In this document: piece after piece, positions 51,072-60,221 of the stretch
Layout of the letters: the number at the start of each line of letters is the position of its first letter
Position numbering within the stretch: the first letter of the stretch is position 1
NCBI GenBank assembly: GCA_965204375.1
Contig: OZ241986.1
Coordinates: forward strand, 4,610,898 to 4,674,897
Reading direction: 5' to 3'
Length of the DNA stretch: 64,000 nucleotides
Origin: Candidatus Latescibacterota bacterium
GTDB lineage: Bacteria; Latescibacterota; UBA2968
Made by a program: the position numbers and the translations under genes
Notes under the pieces: generated by a model
What the model saw: the letters and a program-made list of their open reading frames with translations, nothing else
Told to the model about the DNA's origin: nothing
Databases searched by the model: none

Positions 51072-51422
51072 TTAAACGGAGGGCAAACGGCTCCGCAATT
51101 CTGCCAATTCGCGTTCGAGATGATCTAATCTGAGTGAAACTTCACGCTCGTGCAAGAACCGATCGGCGGTACCCATACCATCGTGTATGATCGAAAGCCT
51201 GCGCTTGAGCTGTTCGCAGATGTGGCCAATTTCTGATATATCGGCCTCGACCTGAGTCTGGCGTGTGCTTATTTTGCGAATCTCATCCTGTACATTCTGG
51301 ATGTCAGATCGAATATCTACAAATTGCTTGGCGACCATTTGAGCGAAATTTTCTTGCGAAGACTCAATAGCATCGCGAACGGCTTCTCGAATAAGGTCGA
51401 GTTCGCCAGCATCAAGGGCCAT
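51072..51422 (-). CDS. Hypothetical coiled-coil protein
   Basis: Track ORF 51072..51467. The start is probably ATG 51422 (MALDAGELDLIREAV). It is helical and heptad-rich with no recognisable family. Confidence 0.45.
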   Translation of the reverse strand: MALDAGELDLIREAVRDAIESSQENFAQMVAKQFVDIRSDIQNVQDEIRKISTRQTQVEADISEIGHICEQLKRRLSIIHDGMGTADRFLHEREVSLRLDHLERELAELRSRLPSV

Positions 51423-51504
51423 GGGCGAATTCCTGAAAAAGGCAGACGGAGTCCGAAAAAATAGCAATACTTAAACGAAAAAAAGGAGGAGAAGGTGGGG
51501 AAAT

Positions 51505-51713
51505 GGGGAGGATAAGCCTGACGATCTGGGGAGAAAGGGGAATCAGAGCAAGATCGGTTTATCCTCCCCACCCAATAAAGAGAGACTTGAATCCAGGAGA
51601 ATTAGGGATTAAACTGAATCTCGTTTCTCTTTATTTTTCAGGACTTTAAGTCCTTCACACACACAAACAAGTGTGTGTGTGTTGCGTTCTGTATGGGGAG
51701 ATCCAGAACGCAA
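51505..51713. other. Densely structured intergenic region (five consecutive hairpins); candidate non-coding RNA, strand unknown
   Basis: Stems read directly: ggggaggataa 51505-15 with ttatcctcccc 51559-69 (inner cgatct/agatcg); aataaagaga 51574-83 with tctctttatt 51626-35; aggact/agtcct 51640-54; cacacacaca 51656-65 with tgtgtgtgtg 51672-81; ttgcgttctg 51682-91 with cagaacgcaa 51704-13. Confidence 0.3.
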
Positions 51714-51867
51714 TTACCCAAATATACACTCTCAAGTTTGTGTTGTCAAGAGTAAATATTTTCATTTAACCTGCCTGTTTATCAAGGATTTAGCTTGCCA
51801 CGCGGCACTTTTCAATTCATATTAGGACATCAAATTTTTAAACGCGACTGACCATTGGGAGACGTGC

Positions 51868-52371
51868 ATGAGGTTTGGTGAAATCATTAAACGAGCCCGT
51901 AATGGGCGATTTAGCCAGCAGGCTTTGGGCGAAACTATTGGGGTGTGGGGCACTTATATCTATCAAATAGAAAAAGGCGAACGCATACCATCCGACGACG
52001 TGTGTGCGTATCTTGCAAAAGCACTCGACCTCGACCCTCAAAGGCTTCTTTTTTTAGCATATAAAGAACGCGCACAAAAAACGCCCGAAGGCCGAAGACT
52101 TTTTTCTCAGATGGAAAAGCTGATGACAGACCCGGTCATCAGCCAGATAATTGTAAACTCCAAAATGCTCGATGCAGGTATTGTCAAAGCACTTCAGAGT
52201 CCCGATATTCGCAAGGTGCTCAAGAACAAACAGTGGTGCGAAGCCCTGAACGCGAGTGCTTCAACTACAGACCGGGATATTCCCGAACTCATTAAGATCG
52301 TCACCCAGATTCCCCCCCAACAATGGCAAGCATTGCTCAGTACAGCAAAAGCTTTTGCTGGCATAACCTGA
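51868..52371 (+). CDS. XRE-family helix-turn-helix transcriptional regulator
   Basis: 167 aa. FGEIIKRARNGRFSQQALGETIGVWGTYIYQIEKGERIPSDD is a typical Cro/C1 HTH. The C-terminal ~100 aa are unassigned. Confidence 0.75.
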   Translation: MRFGEIIKRARNGRFSQQALGETIGVWGTYIYQIEKGERIPSDDVCAYLAKALDLDPQRLLFLAYKERAQKTPEGRRLFSQMEKLMTDPVISQIIVNSKMLDAGIVKALQSPDIRKVLKNKQWCEALNASASTTDRDIPELIKIVTQIPPQQWQALLSTAKAFAGIT

Positions 52372-52402
52372 TCTGTATTAATAAATCGCATTAAAATGAG
52401 AG

Positions 52403-52440
52403 AAAGCCCGCTTCTCGCGTTGAGAGACGGGCTTTTTGCT
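52403..52440 (+). terminator. Intrinsic terminator after the XRE gene
   Basis: An aaagcccg ... cgggcttt stem is followed by ttg/ctgggg, with T-rich gctttttgct. Confidence 0.65.
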
Positions 52441-52500
52441 GGGGGGTATGACCTGTAATAGTAAAGAATTCGTTAATTTAATCTTTTATTTGCTAACTAA

Positions 52501-52516
52501 TGTTCCACGTGGAACG
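52501..52516. promoter_or_regulatory. parS-like centromere site (TGTTCCACGTGGAACG)
   Basis: It matches the 16-bp parS consensus TGTTNCACGTGAAACA at 14 of 16 positions. The inner 14 bp form a perfect palindrome. Confidence 0.6.
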
Positions 52517-52659
52517 GGGTATGAAGGCGAGTGAGCGGGGTATAGATGGCCTCTCTCAGGCCAGTTTATTCGAGCATGACTGGTCGGTGAATGAGCCTGA
52601 GGAACAGCTCATTGTACATCATCCTCAGACCAGTTCAGCGATGTAATATTCGGACCAAT

Positions 52660-53298
52660 TCAACATCTTTTAAGAAAGACAAAGGAGCGCTCTCGTCGTG
52701 AAAACGGTAATCTCAAAGAGGTTTCAGCGGCATAAATGTGGTCTGGAACACCGGTTGTAAACTCACGGAGAGAACCTGGACCTTTCATTGCAATAAGTAC
52801 ACCGGGGGGGGCGAGAAGAGGTTCAACCCAATTCCAGAGTTGAGGAAGCCGTGCAACTGCGCGCGCTGTACCAATTAGAAATTTACCCGAGAACGAGGAA
52901 TCCCCAACAAGTGTCTCAGCGCGACTTCTAATAGCGAAGGTGTCTTGAAGGTCAAGCGCTGTGATAGTTTCCTTGAGAAAAAGGGTTTTCATGCGGGCGG
53001 GTTCGAGGAGATAAACTTCGAGGTCGGACCTCATAATCTTGATCACAATACCCGGCAGACCAGCTCCGGAACCCAAATCAAGGAGAGGGCCATCTATTGG
53101 AAGGTGCGGTACCAGCGAAAGACAATCGAGAATATGACGTTCCCATATAAAATTGCGGTCATTGCGGGAGACCAATCGAACGCGAGCCGACCAATCGGTA
53201 AGCAAATCGACGTATTGAACGAGCAACGCGACCTGTTCATGGGAAAGTGAAAGATCAAAGGACTTCTCCGCAAGCTCAATTGCTTCATCGGGTTGCAT
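52660..53298 (-). CDS. rsmG: 16S rRNA (guanine527-N7)-methyltransferase RsmG (GidB)
   Basis: 212 aa. It has W..RVRLVS, ERHILDCLSL and the SAM motif LLDLGSGAGLPGIVIKI. Confidence 0.85.
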   Translation of the reverse strand: MQPDEAIELAEKSFDLSLSHEQVALLVQYVDLLTDWSARVRLVSRNDRNFIWERHILDCLSLVPHLPIDGPLLDLGSGAGLPGIVIKIMRSDLEVYLLEPARMKTLFLKETITALDLQDTFAIRSRAETLVGDSSFSGKFLIGTARAVARLPQLWNWVEPLLAPPGVLIAMKGPGSLREFTTGVPDHIYAAETSLRLPFSRRERSFVFLKRC

Positions 53299-53377
53299 TG
53301 TATACCTTTAGAAGAGGGAGTAAGAAGTAATACGCAAGAGGTGAGTACACAGCCCAACGCACCAGCCCCTCTTTACA

Positions 53378-53393
53378 TGTTTCACGTGAAACA
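53378..53393. promoter_or_regulatory. parS centromere site (TGTTTCACGTGAAACA), perfect consensus palindrome
   Basis: A perfect 16-bp palindrome, read directly, in the rsmG-mnmE intergenic region. Confidence 0.8.
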
Positions 53394-53428
53394 GGGTACA
53401 ACTGGTCGCTGTCCAGACCAATTCAACA

Positions 53429-54775
53429 CTATTTGCCTATGCAAAAGGTTTTGAAGATTCGATCGAGAACATCATCCGGGGTAGTCTCCCCAATAATCGC
53501 GGCAAGCGCGTCCAGTGCAACGCGGAGATCCATGGCAATAATTTCCCCCGGATTGCCGAATTCAAGGCTTTGCAGTGCCTGGGAGAGTCCCGTTGAAGCC
53601 TGTTGAAGTGCGAGAACATGCCGTTCTTTAGTAACGATTTCTTCGGGCAGGTCGCTCTTTCCCAGGAGAGTCTCACGAAGGCGATCCCGCAAAGAGGAGA
53701 CACCATCGCCTGTTTTGGCTGAAAGAACGATCTGGGGATGGAGAGACTGAATGCTTTGCCAACCGGTATGAATATTCAAATCGCTCTTATTGAGAACGAG
53801 AAACGCGTGATCATAACGACTGATGTGGTCCAGATCCGCGCAAGACGGGGGAAGCGATCCATCCACAATATAGAGAACAATGGTTGCGCGTTCTATGAAT
53901 CGTTGAGACCGACGCGTACCCTCTCTTTCCACCGGGTCGTCAGTATCGCGAATACCAGCAGTGTCAACCAGTGTAACAGTAATTCCATCGAGATCAATTT
54001 GCTCTTCAATCGTGTCTCGCGTTGTACCGGGAATATCTGTAACAATCGCACGGTCTTCTTCAAGGAGCCGGTTAAGAAGGCTGGATTTTCCCACATTGGG
54101 TTGACCGGCAAGGGTGATGACAGCACCTTCACGAATAATTTTTCCACGGTCATACGAAAGAATGAGATCTTCAATATGCTCTAAAGCCTGCGAGAGCGGT
54201 GGCTTAATCATCTCGAAATCTATCTCTACATCCTCGGAAAAGTCTAAATTAGCTTCAAGAAGCATGGCTGCCTGACGAATAGACTCTGCCATTTTTACGA
54301 AACGGCGATGAAGCCCACCGCGGAGTTGAAAAAAAGCAGATTGGAGGCTTAGATCGGATTTCGCGGTGATCATATCAGAAACTGCTTCGGCCTGTGAGAG
54401 GTCCATTTTACCGTTGAGAAAAGCTCGTCTGGTAAATTCTCCAGGTCCAGCCGGTCGAGCACCTTCTCGAAAAACGGCTTCCATAATCCGTCTGAGGAGA
54501 AATGGTCCCCCGTGGCAGTTAAATTCAACTGTATCTTCACCGGTAAAGGAATTGGGAGCACGCATGACCGAGATCAGGACCTTGTCAAAATCTCGGCCAT
54601 GAATGTAGAGATGTCCAAAAGAAAGTTGGCGAGAAGGAAGGCGGCTGAGGGGGGTTTTGCTTCTGAAGAAACGTTCTCCAATTGAGATGGCATCGGATCC
54701 GCTGAGTCTAATGATGCCAATTGCACCTTCACCTGGCGCAGTGGCGATTGCCGCGATGGTGTCATTGTCGGACAT
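53429..54775 (-). CDS. mnmE: tRNA uridine-5-carboxymethylaminomethyl modification GTPase MnmE (TrmE)
   Basis: 448 aa. It has DTIAAIATAPGEGAIGIIRLSG, the G-domain motifs GQPNVGKSSLLN and DTAG, and the C-terminal FCIGK. Confidence 0.95.
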   Translation of the reverse strand: MSDNDTIAAIATAPGEGAIGIIRLSGSDAISIGERFFRSKTPLSRLPSRQLSFGHLYIHGRDFDKVLISVMRAPNSFTGEDTVEFNCHGGPFLLRRIMEAVFREGARPAGPGEFTRRAFLNGKMDLSQAEAVSDMITAKSDLSLQSAFFQLRGGLHRRFVKMAESIRQAAMLLEANLDFSEDVEIDFEMIKPPLSQALEHIEDLILSYDRGKIIREGAVITLAGQPNVGKSSLLNRLLEEDRAIVTDIPGTTRDTIEEQIDLDGITVTLVDTAGIRDTDDPVEREGTRRSQRFIERATIVLYIVDGSLPPSCADLDHISRYDHAFLVLNKSDLNIHTGWQSIQSLHPQIVLSAKTGDGVSSLRDRLRETLLGKSDLPEEIVTKERHVLALQQASTGLSQALQSLEFGNPGEIIAMDLRVALDALAAIIGETTPDDVLDRIFKTFCIGK

Positions 54776-54788
54776 AGAAATAAACCAA

Positions 54789-56492
54789 TCAGGACGTGCC
54801 CAACATCGATTTGGTTTTTTCCATGATGATCTGCTGGGCGAGGGTCAACACATTGTAGAGTGTATAGTAAAAGACGAGGCCAGAAGACATACCCCAAAAA
54901 ATATAGGTGAGAAAGACCGGCATGAGATAAACGAGAATAGCCTGTTTGGGATCCTTCATCATCATCTTTTGCTGAATAAACATCGACACGCCCATTAGAA
55001 GGGGCAAGAGGTGCAGGTCAAAACCACCAATGGGGATGGTGTCTGGTTGGGAAAGGTCGGTGATCCAAAAGGCGAACCCTGCTTGTCTCAGTTCAATAGT
55101 ACCGCGGAACAAAGAAAAGAGAGAAAATAGTATGGGCATCTGCAAGAGCATCGGTAGGCACCCACCGAGGGGATTGATTTTCTCCTCCCGGTAGAGCCTC
55201 ATCATGGCCTCGTTCATTTTCTTTTGATCGCTGGAATAACGCTCGCGGAGTTCGGCAATTTTGGGTTGGAGAGTCTGCATCTTGGCAGTAGATTCAAGAC
55301 TCTTGTGCGTGAGTGGGAAGACAACGACTTTGACGAGAATAGAAAAAAGAATTATGACCACGCCGTAATTTGGAACCAGAGCGTGCATGGCGAGGAAGGC
55401 TTTGAGAATTAAAATTGTAACTGGCTTGAGAATGGAGCGAACAAAATAAGGACCGTAATCGACAAAGTCATCGAGGTCCAATTCTCGTTCAAGCCCATCG
55501 AGGTCGCGGTTTTGTGCACGCAAAATGTCATAAGAAATTGGACCAATGTATGCGGAGTAATTGATAATATTAAGTCCAGAATCAGCATACAGATCAAAAG
55601 CAAAATCGCGATAAGAAAAGCCAAAGGGATCAGTCTTATTATCACCGTATAGCGCGAGGTCATAACGACCTTCGTGGGGGATAACCGCGGCGAGAAAGTA
55701 TTTATTTCTTACGCCAATCCAGGTCAGTTGGCCGCTCGGGGGTGTCTCTTTCTCCTGAAGGCGGTCCGTATCCCATGTTTCAACTTCCCCTCCCATGTAG
55801 GTGACGATTTGTTCGTAAACACCTTCGTAAAAACTCTCTGAAGTCCCGCGCTTATTTTCTGTGTCAGCAAGACTTCCATCCCATGATATCGCCAATTTAT
55901 CATCTCGAGTAAGACCCTCTGCTATGACGGAAACGTGAATGCGGTATCGATTGCCCTGAAATCGGAAACGTTTCTCGACCAGTCCACGCGGAGATTGAGC
56001 GCGAAATACGATCAGGTCTTGTGTATCACCATAAATTTCGAGACGGTCTCGATCAGGAGTAAATTCGAGACCATTGAGAGATTCACGCCCAACAGTAGCA
56101 CCGAGTCCAGCACCGTTGGATGGGATCAATTCCAGCCAATTGCCATTGAGATCAAAATAGCTCTTGAGTTGCCAACTGGTAATTACGCCACCGCGCGTGG
56201 ATATGACAGCGCGGTAGAGTTCCGCATCTATGACAATATCACGAGCCTGGAAGGTCGATGTGGTGGCTGGACTTTTATCCTGTACAGGAGGTTGTTGGGT
56301 TTTGGGTTGTTGTGTGGGTTGAGGTTCGGGATGTGTATCAGTAATCTGCGGTGGATCAATCTGTCGAGGGGCGGTTTTTTTTACAGGATCTGGCGACTGA
56401 GGTTCGTCACCTTGAAAGAATTGCATGTAATACGGCATCAGTATCAATATCAGGCCGATTAACGCAAACGCAATTACTGTACGTCTATCCAT
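54789..56492 (-). CDS. yidC: Membrane protein insertase YidC
   Basis: 567 aa with an N-terminal TM, a large periplasmic domain and a C-terminal 5-TM core (GVVIILFSILVKVVVFPLT, MMRLYREEKINPLGGCLPMLLQMPI). Confidence 0.9.
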   Translation of the reverse strand: MDRRTVIAFALIGLILILMPYYMQFFQGDEPQSPDPVKKTAPRQIDPPQITDTHPEPQPTQQPKTQQPPVQDKSPATTSTFQARDIVIDAELYRAVISTRGGVITSWQLKSYFDLNGNWLELIPSNGAGLGATVGRESLNGLEFTPDRDRLEIYGDTQDLIVFRAQSPRGLVEKRFRFQGNRYRIHVSVIAEGLTRDDKLAISWDGSLADTENKRGTSESFYEGVYEQIVTYMGGEVETWDTDRLQEKETPPSGQLTWIGVRNKYFLAAVIPHEGRYDLALYGDNKTDPFGFSYRDFAFDLYADSGLNIINYSAYIGPISYDILRAQNRDLDGLERELDLDDFVDYGPYFVRSILKPVTILILKAFLAMHALVPNYGVVIILFSILVKVVVFPLTHKSLESTAKMQTLQPKIAELRERYSSDQKKMNEAMMRLYREEKINPLGGCLPMLLQMPILFSLFSLFRGTIELRQAGFAFWITDLSQPDTIPIGGFDLHLLPLLMGVSMFIQQKMMMKDPKQAILVYLMPVFLTYIFWGMSSGLVFYYTLYNVLTLAQQIIMEKTKSMLGTS

Positions 56493-56545
56493 AAATTCAG
56501 TCTTTCTGCACAGAAAATAATAAAGGAAGGGATTGCAAAAACGGA

Positions 56546-56875
56546 TCAGGAGTCGATAAGACCGAGCTTTTGAAATGCGAGGTGTAGTTCAAGGCGGAGT
56601 TCAGTATAAGAGACACCGCAGGCGTGATCTCCTATGGAGATAAGTAGCAGACGGTGAGGATGGCCTAAAGGTATTAGTTCGGAACATACTGCACGTACTT
56701 GCCGGCGGATGCGATTGCGCCGAACGGCGTTTCCAAATTTTTTCCGAATTGAAATGAGCGTTAGATCCATCTCGGAAGTACCAATCCGAACATGAACCCA
56801 ACGCCCACGAAAGATCTGGCCGTGCTGTCGAATTTTCGCAATCTCGCTTCGAATGCGTAGGTTGGGTGTTCCCAT
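56546..56875 (-). CDS. rnpA: Ribonuclease P protein component
   Basis: Start at ATG 56875 (MGTPNLRIRS). The basic motif FGNAVRRNRIRRQVRAV (RNR motif) is present. The position directly downstream of rpmH is typical. Confidence 0.8.
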   Translation of the reverse strand: MGTPNLRIRSEIAKIRQHGQIFRGRWVHVRIGTSEMDLTLISIRKKFGNAVRRNRIRRQVRAVCSELIPLGHPHRLLLISIGDHACGVSYTELRLELHLAFQKLGLIDS

Positions 56876-56889
56876 AACACACCTACATA

Positions 56890-57024
56890 TCAATGCGATA
56901 GCTGCTTGCGACCCTTTCGGCGCCGTCGATTCAGCACATGGCGACCACCAGGAGAACTCATGCGAGCGCGAAAACCATGTTTATTTTTGCGCTTGCGATT
57001 ATGTGGTTGAAACGTGCGTTTCAT
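56890..57024 (-). CDS. rpmH: 50S ribosomal protein L34 (too short to appear in the ORF track)
   Basis: My own translation gives [44 protein letters not shown] (44 aa), with GAGGTGG upstream of the ATG at 57024. Confidence 0.9.
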   Translation of the reverse strand: MKRTFQPHNRKRKNKHGFRARMSSPGGRHVLNRRRRKGRKQLSH

Positions 57025-57151
57025 CAAACCACCTCGTATCTACAAAAATTTCAATTATCTATATCGACAAAGATTTTGGAATATAGAGGTGCATACGTCC
57101 TTTGTCAAGCTATTTCCCTTTGACTGGAGGGTCCTGTGACTATACTACTAT

Positions 57152-57325
57152 ATATGGTGTACATTTTTTTTGTACACCATATCTTGACTATTTACTATTA
57201 TTTTACTATTTTTCAAATGTTTACTAATATTTTCCTTTGATAAAACCCTCTTGACATCGCTTATTTCATTGCTTAGTTTTCGATTAGCTTTCAGAATCTT
57301 TTGAAATCCACTTTTGAAGTGGATT
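57152..57325. promoter_or_regulatory. AT-rich rpmH-dnaA intergenic region with palindromes and DnaA-box-like inverted repeat; possible upstream half of a bipartite origin and the dnaA promoter region
   Basis: A 12-bp palindrome pairs atatggtgtaca with tgtacaccatat around T7 (57152-57182). TTTACTA occurs at 57191, 57202 and 57220. The inverted repeat aatccactt/aagtggatt lies at 57305-57325. Confidence 0.4.
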
Positions 57326-57550
57326 CCCCCACCGTGGTCTGCTGTTAAAAATAACCGAAGTATTTCGATTTCAAAGTTTCAGAATACTTTCAATTTTCCT
57401 TCCTCCAATTGAGAGTCCCCCATTTCCTGAAGCGAAATCAGGCCTCCCTGATATTCGGATTTCTCAGACAACGGTTTCCAGCACGTAAAGTATCCTATTG
57501 ATATTCCCTTAGTTGGCGCGTGTTCGCCAGCCATAGACGGATATTGCCCT

Positions 57551-58933
57551 ATGGATGAACGCTCTTCTGACTTATGGAACCGGTGTCTCTACACCATCCA
57601 GGAAAAAATACAGGATCAGAGTTTTGAAACCTGGTTCGCTCCAATCAAGGCGCGGCAGTTTACCTCCGAAGAAATTATTCTGGTGGTACCCGAGAGGATT
57701 TATGCCGATTGGTTAGAACAAAATTACATCGGGTTGATCAAAACGACCATCCAGGAAGTTTTCACATGGAATCCACGCATAACTTTTGCCGTTGGCGATA
57801 CTCATCAACAAATGCCATCTCATGTGACGGATGCTCCCAGATCCATGCAGGGACCACCTCTCGATTCTGTATCTACTGCCCCATCTTTCCATCCTGAACC
57901 TGTCCAACCAGTATTTCCCCTCAATCCACGCTACAGGTTTGATAATTTTGTTGTCGGTGAAAGCAATGAGGTGTCGTTTTCTGCGGCAAAAGCTACTGCA
58001 GAGTCGCCTGGACAAACGGCTTTTAATCCCCTTGTCCTTTATGGCGGCGTTGGATTGGGAAAAACCCACCTGCTCCAAGCCATTGGAGCACACTGTATCG
58101 AAATGGGGACAGCTCAACGAGTCGTTTATGTTACTGCACAACAGTTTCTCACAGATTATTTAGAAGGAATCAATCGCGGAACAATCTCTAATTTCCATCA
58201 AACCTATCGCCAGGCGGATGTGTTGCTGGTGGATGACATTCAGTATTATGTGAAGACCGAAGGCTGCCAAAGAGAGTTTATCCATACATTTAATGCCCTA
58301 TTTCAAGCAGATAAGCAGATTATCATCAGTTCTGATCGCCCACCATCTCACCTCAAGGGATTTGAAGACCGATTGATTTCTCGGTTCCAGTGGGGTTTGG
58401 TTACAAATATCGAAGCGCCAGATTTGCCCACGCGCGTGGCAATTTTAATGCAAAAAGCAGAAGAGATGGATGTTTTATTGTCCCACGAAATTGCCAGTTT
58501 CTTAGCTGAACAGATCGATACCAATATACGCGAACTTGAAGGCGCATTAAAACGCCTGATCGCTTATACCAAATTACAACGCCATCCACTCACGATTGAA
58601 ACAGCGCGAAAGACTCTGCTAAGCCCGCCTCAAAAGACCAAACCGACTATTACTATTGAAAGCATTCAAAAAGCAGCAGCCCACTTTTTTGAAATACCTT
58701 TAGATAAACTGGTTGGTTCAACGCGGAAGCAGGATGTGACAACAGCCCGTCATGTGAGTATGTATTTGAGCAAATCTCTTACAGGTGCTCCTCTCAAGAC
58801 TATTGGTTTGCAATTTGGAAACCGCGATCACAGCACAGTTATTCACGCATGCCGGAGAGTAGAAGACAAAATATCAGCGGATCCAGAATTTGAACATCTC
58901 GTCAGTGAACTGCAAGATCATATCGTAAGTTAA
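57551..58933 (+). CDS. dnaA: Chromosomal replication initiator protein DnaA
   Basis: 460 aa. It has FDNFVVGESNEVSF, the Walker A motif GGVGLGKTHLLQAIG, LLVDDIQY and the C-terminal DNA-binding block RHVSMYLSKSLTGAPLKTIGLQFGNRDHSTVIHA. Confidence 0.95.
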   Translation: MDERSSDLWNRCLYTIQEKIQDQSFETWFAPIKARQFTSEEIILVVPERIYADWLEQNYIGLIKTTIQEVFTWNPRITFAVGDTHQQMPSHVTDAPRSMQGPPLDSVSTAPSFHPEPVQPVFPLNPRYRFDNFVVGESNEVSFSAAKATAESPGQTAFNPLVLYGGVGLGKTHLLQAIGAHCIEMGTAQRVVYVTAQQFLTDYLEGINRGTISNFHQTYRQADVLLVDDIQYYVKTEGCQREFIHTFNALFQADKQIIISSDRPPSHLKGFEDRLISRFQWGLVTNIEAPDLPTRVAILMQKAEEMDVLLSHEIASFLAEQIDTNIRELEGALKRLIAYTKLQRHPLTIETARKTLLSPPQKTKPTITIESIQKAAAHFFEIPLDKLVGSTRKQDVTTARHVSMYLSKSLTGAPLKTIGLQFGNRDHSTVIHACRRVEDKISADPEFEHLVSELQDHIVS

Positions 58934-58982
58934 GGCGTCAACGCCCAGTAATGACATAAACAGATAGATCTTACAATATATG

Positions 58983-59024
58983 CCCCAGATTCTCATAGAA
59001 GTCGAAGTCTGGGGTTTATTTTTA
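58983..59024 (+). terminator. Terminator-like hairpin after dnaA
   Basis: A ccccaga ... tctgggg stem is followed by tttattttta. Confidence 0.45.
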
Positions 59025-59134
59025 TCGATTATATTCCTGTTTTAGATGTCCAGGGGGTCATTTACTCACATTATCTGTTTATATTATTGATAAAATCAAA
59101 ATATGTACTTGATATACGATAATAATAATAACAC

Positions 59135-59520
59135 TGTGGATTCTGTGGAAAATGCGTCAATAAAAGGAAAACTCGCTTAAAAATAGTGGGTTAAGAATGT
59201 TTCTGCCAATATGACATTGTGAATTTCTATGTGCAGAACATGTGGAAATCTATGTGGTTTTCCACAATTTGGAATGTGGATTTCTTTTTCACACAAAAAA
59301 TCCACAATCTATCCAGATTTTTTTCCACATCCAAAATCTTGTGCACAGATCTGTGCACATAAAGCGTTTCTCTTTAAAAATCAATAACTTTTTATTTTTA
59401 TCATTTGCGGATTGCAAATTGAGTTATCCACATCGGGCAAATCTATTGTTGATAGGTATCATACATGTAAGAGGAATTTATCTTTTTCGTTGAGGATATA
59501 TTTATATTATTCTGTCTCAT
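59135..59520. other. Probable chromosomal replication origin (oriC): DnaA-box cluster plus AT-rich stretches
   Basis: DnaA-box-like 9-mers: TGTGGATTC 59135; TGTGGAAAA 59144; TGTGGAAAT 59241; TGTGGTTTT 59253 overlapping TTTTCCACA 59258; TGTGGATTT 59275; AAATCCACA 59298; TTTTCCACA 59321; perfect TTATCCACA 59424-59432. AT-rich tracts lie at 59370-59400 and 59480-59515. The region sits immediately downstream of dnaA. Confidence 0.75.
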
Positions 59521-59562
59521 CAGGTGTAAGCTATCTTACCATGGATATATTGTAAATAGGAG

Positions 59563-60189
59563 ATGGTCGGGGTGCTGACTTATGATTCTCAAAAAGCGAT
59601 GCGCGTATTGTGCAAAAATGATCGCACACTCGGTCAATTAATCGAGCAGGCAGGACCAATAACCATTGATTTGCCCAAACGATTGAACCCTTTTGATGCG
59701 CTTTTGCGGTCGATTATCTATCAACAACTCTCAGGAAAAGCGGCTGCCACGATTCACAAACGGGTGCGTGCCCTGTTTTCTGGAGGAAATATCAACCCGG
59801 ATGACGTGCTTGCCATAGATGATCAGATGCTTCGCAATGCGGGAATGTCCCGGGCAAAAATAGCCGCAGCAAATGATCTCGCGCAAAAAACCATAGATGG
59901 CCTGATTCCCCCGGGTTCACGCCTTCGCGAAATGTCGGACGCCGATATTGTAGAAAATCTCACACAAGTGCGGGGCGTTGGGGAGTGGACTGTTCAAATG
60001 CTTCTGATGTTTCAACTCGGTAGGCCAGATGTGCTCCCGACAAAGGATTTGGGGGTGCGCAAGGGATTTATGCTTACTTATGGATTGGACGAGTTGCCAG
60101 CAGAAAAAGAAATGATGGTCTATTGCGAGCGGTGGAGACCTTATCGCTCAGTGGGAAGCTGGTACATGTGGCGGGCACTTGAATTGTGA
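59563..60189 (+). CDS. HhH-GPD family DNA glycosylase (AlkA-like DNA-3-methyladenine glycosylase II)
   Basis: 208 aa. It has LLRSIIYQQLSGKAAATI, and a helix-hairpin-helix plus Asp loop LTQVRGVGEWTVQMLLMF...PTKDLGVRKG. Confidence 0.8.
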   Translation: MVGVLTYDSQKAMRVLCKNDRTLGQLIEQAGPITIDLPKRLNPFDALLRSIIYQQLSGKAAATIHKRVRALFSGGNINPDDVLAIDDQMLRNAGMSRAKIAAANDLAQKTIDGLIPPGSRLREMSDADIVENLTQVRGVGEWTVQMLLMFQLGRPDVLPTKDLGVRKGFMLTYGLDELPAEKEMMVYCERWRPYRSVGSWYMWRALEL

Positions 60190-60221
60190 GGATAAACTTT
60201 CATGTATAAATGGAGCGGATT

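Noticed and set aside
51656-51681. (CA)5...(TG)5 as a simple microsatellite
   Set aside because: The two halves are inverted relative to each other and form a perfect 10-bp hairpin within a series of other hairpins, so I treated it as part of the structured region rather than a slippage-prone dinucleotide repeat.
56876-56893. Longer rnpA start ([11 protein letters not shown]) from the ORF track
   Set aside because: It would overlap the rpmH stop codon region. ATG 56875 leaves a short spacer after rpmH and gives a typical RnpA N-terminus, but the choice remains uncertain.
59242-59493. 83-aa plus-strand ORF inside the dnaA-downstream intergenic region
   Set aside because: It lies entirely within the DnaA-box/AT-rich oriC region, has no ribosome-binding site, and its sequence is low-complexity (F/H/I-rich) driven by the box repeats.
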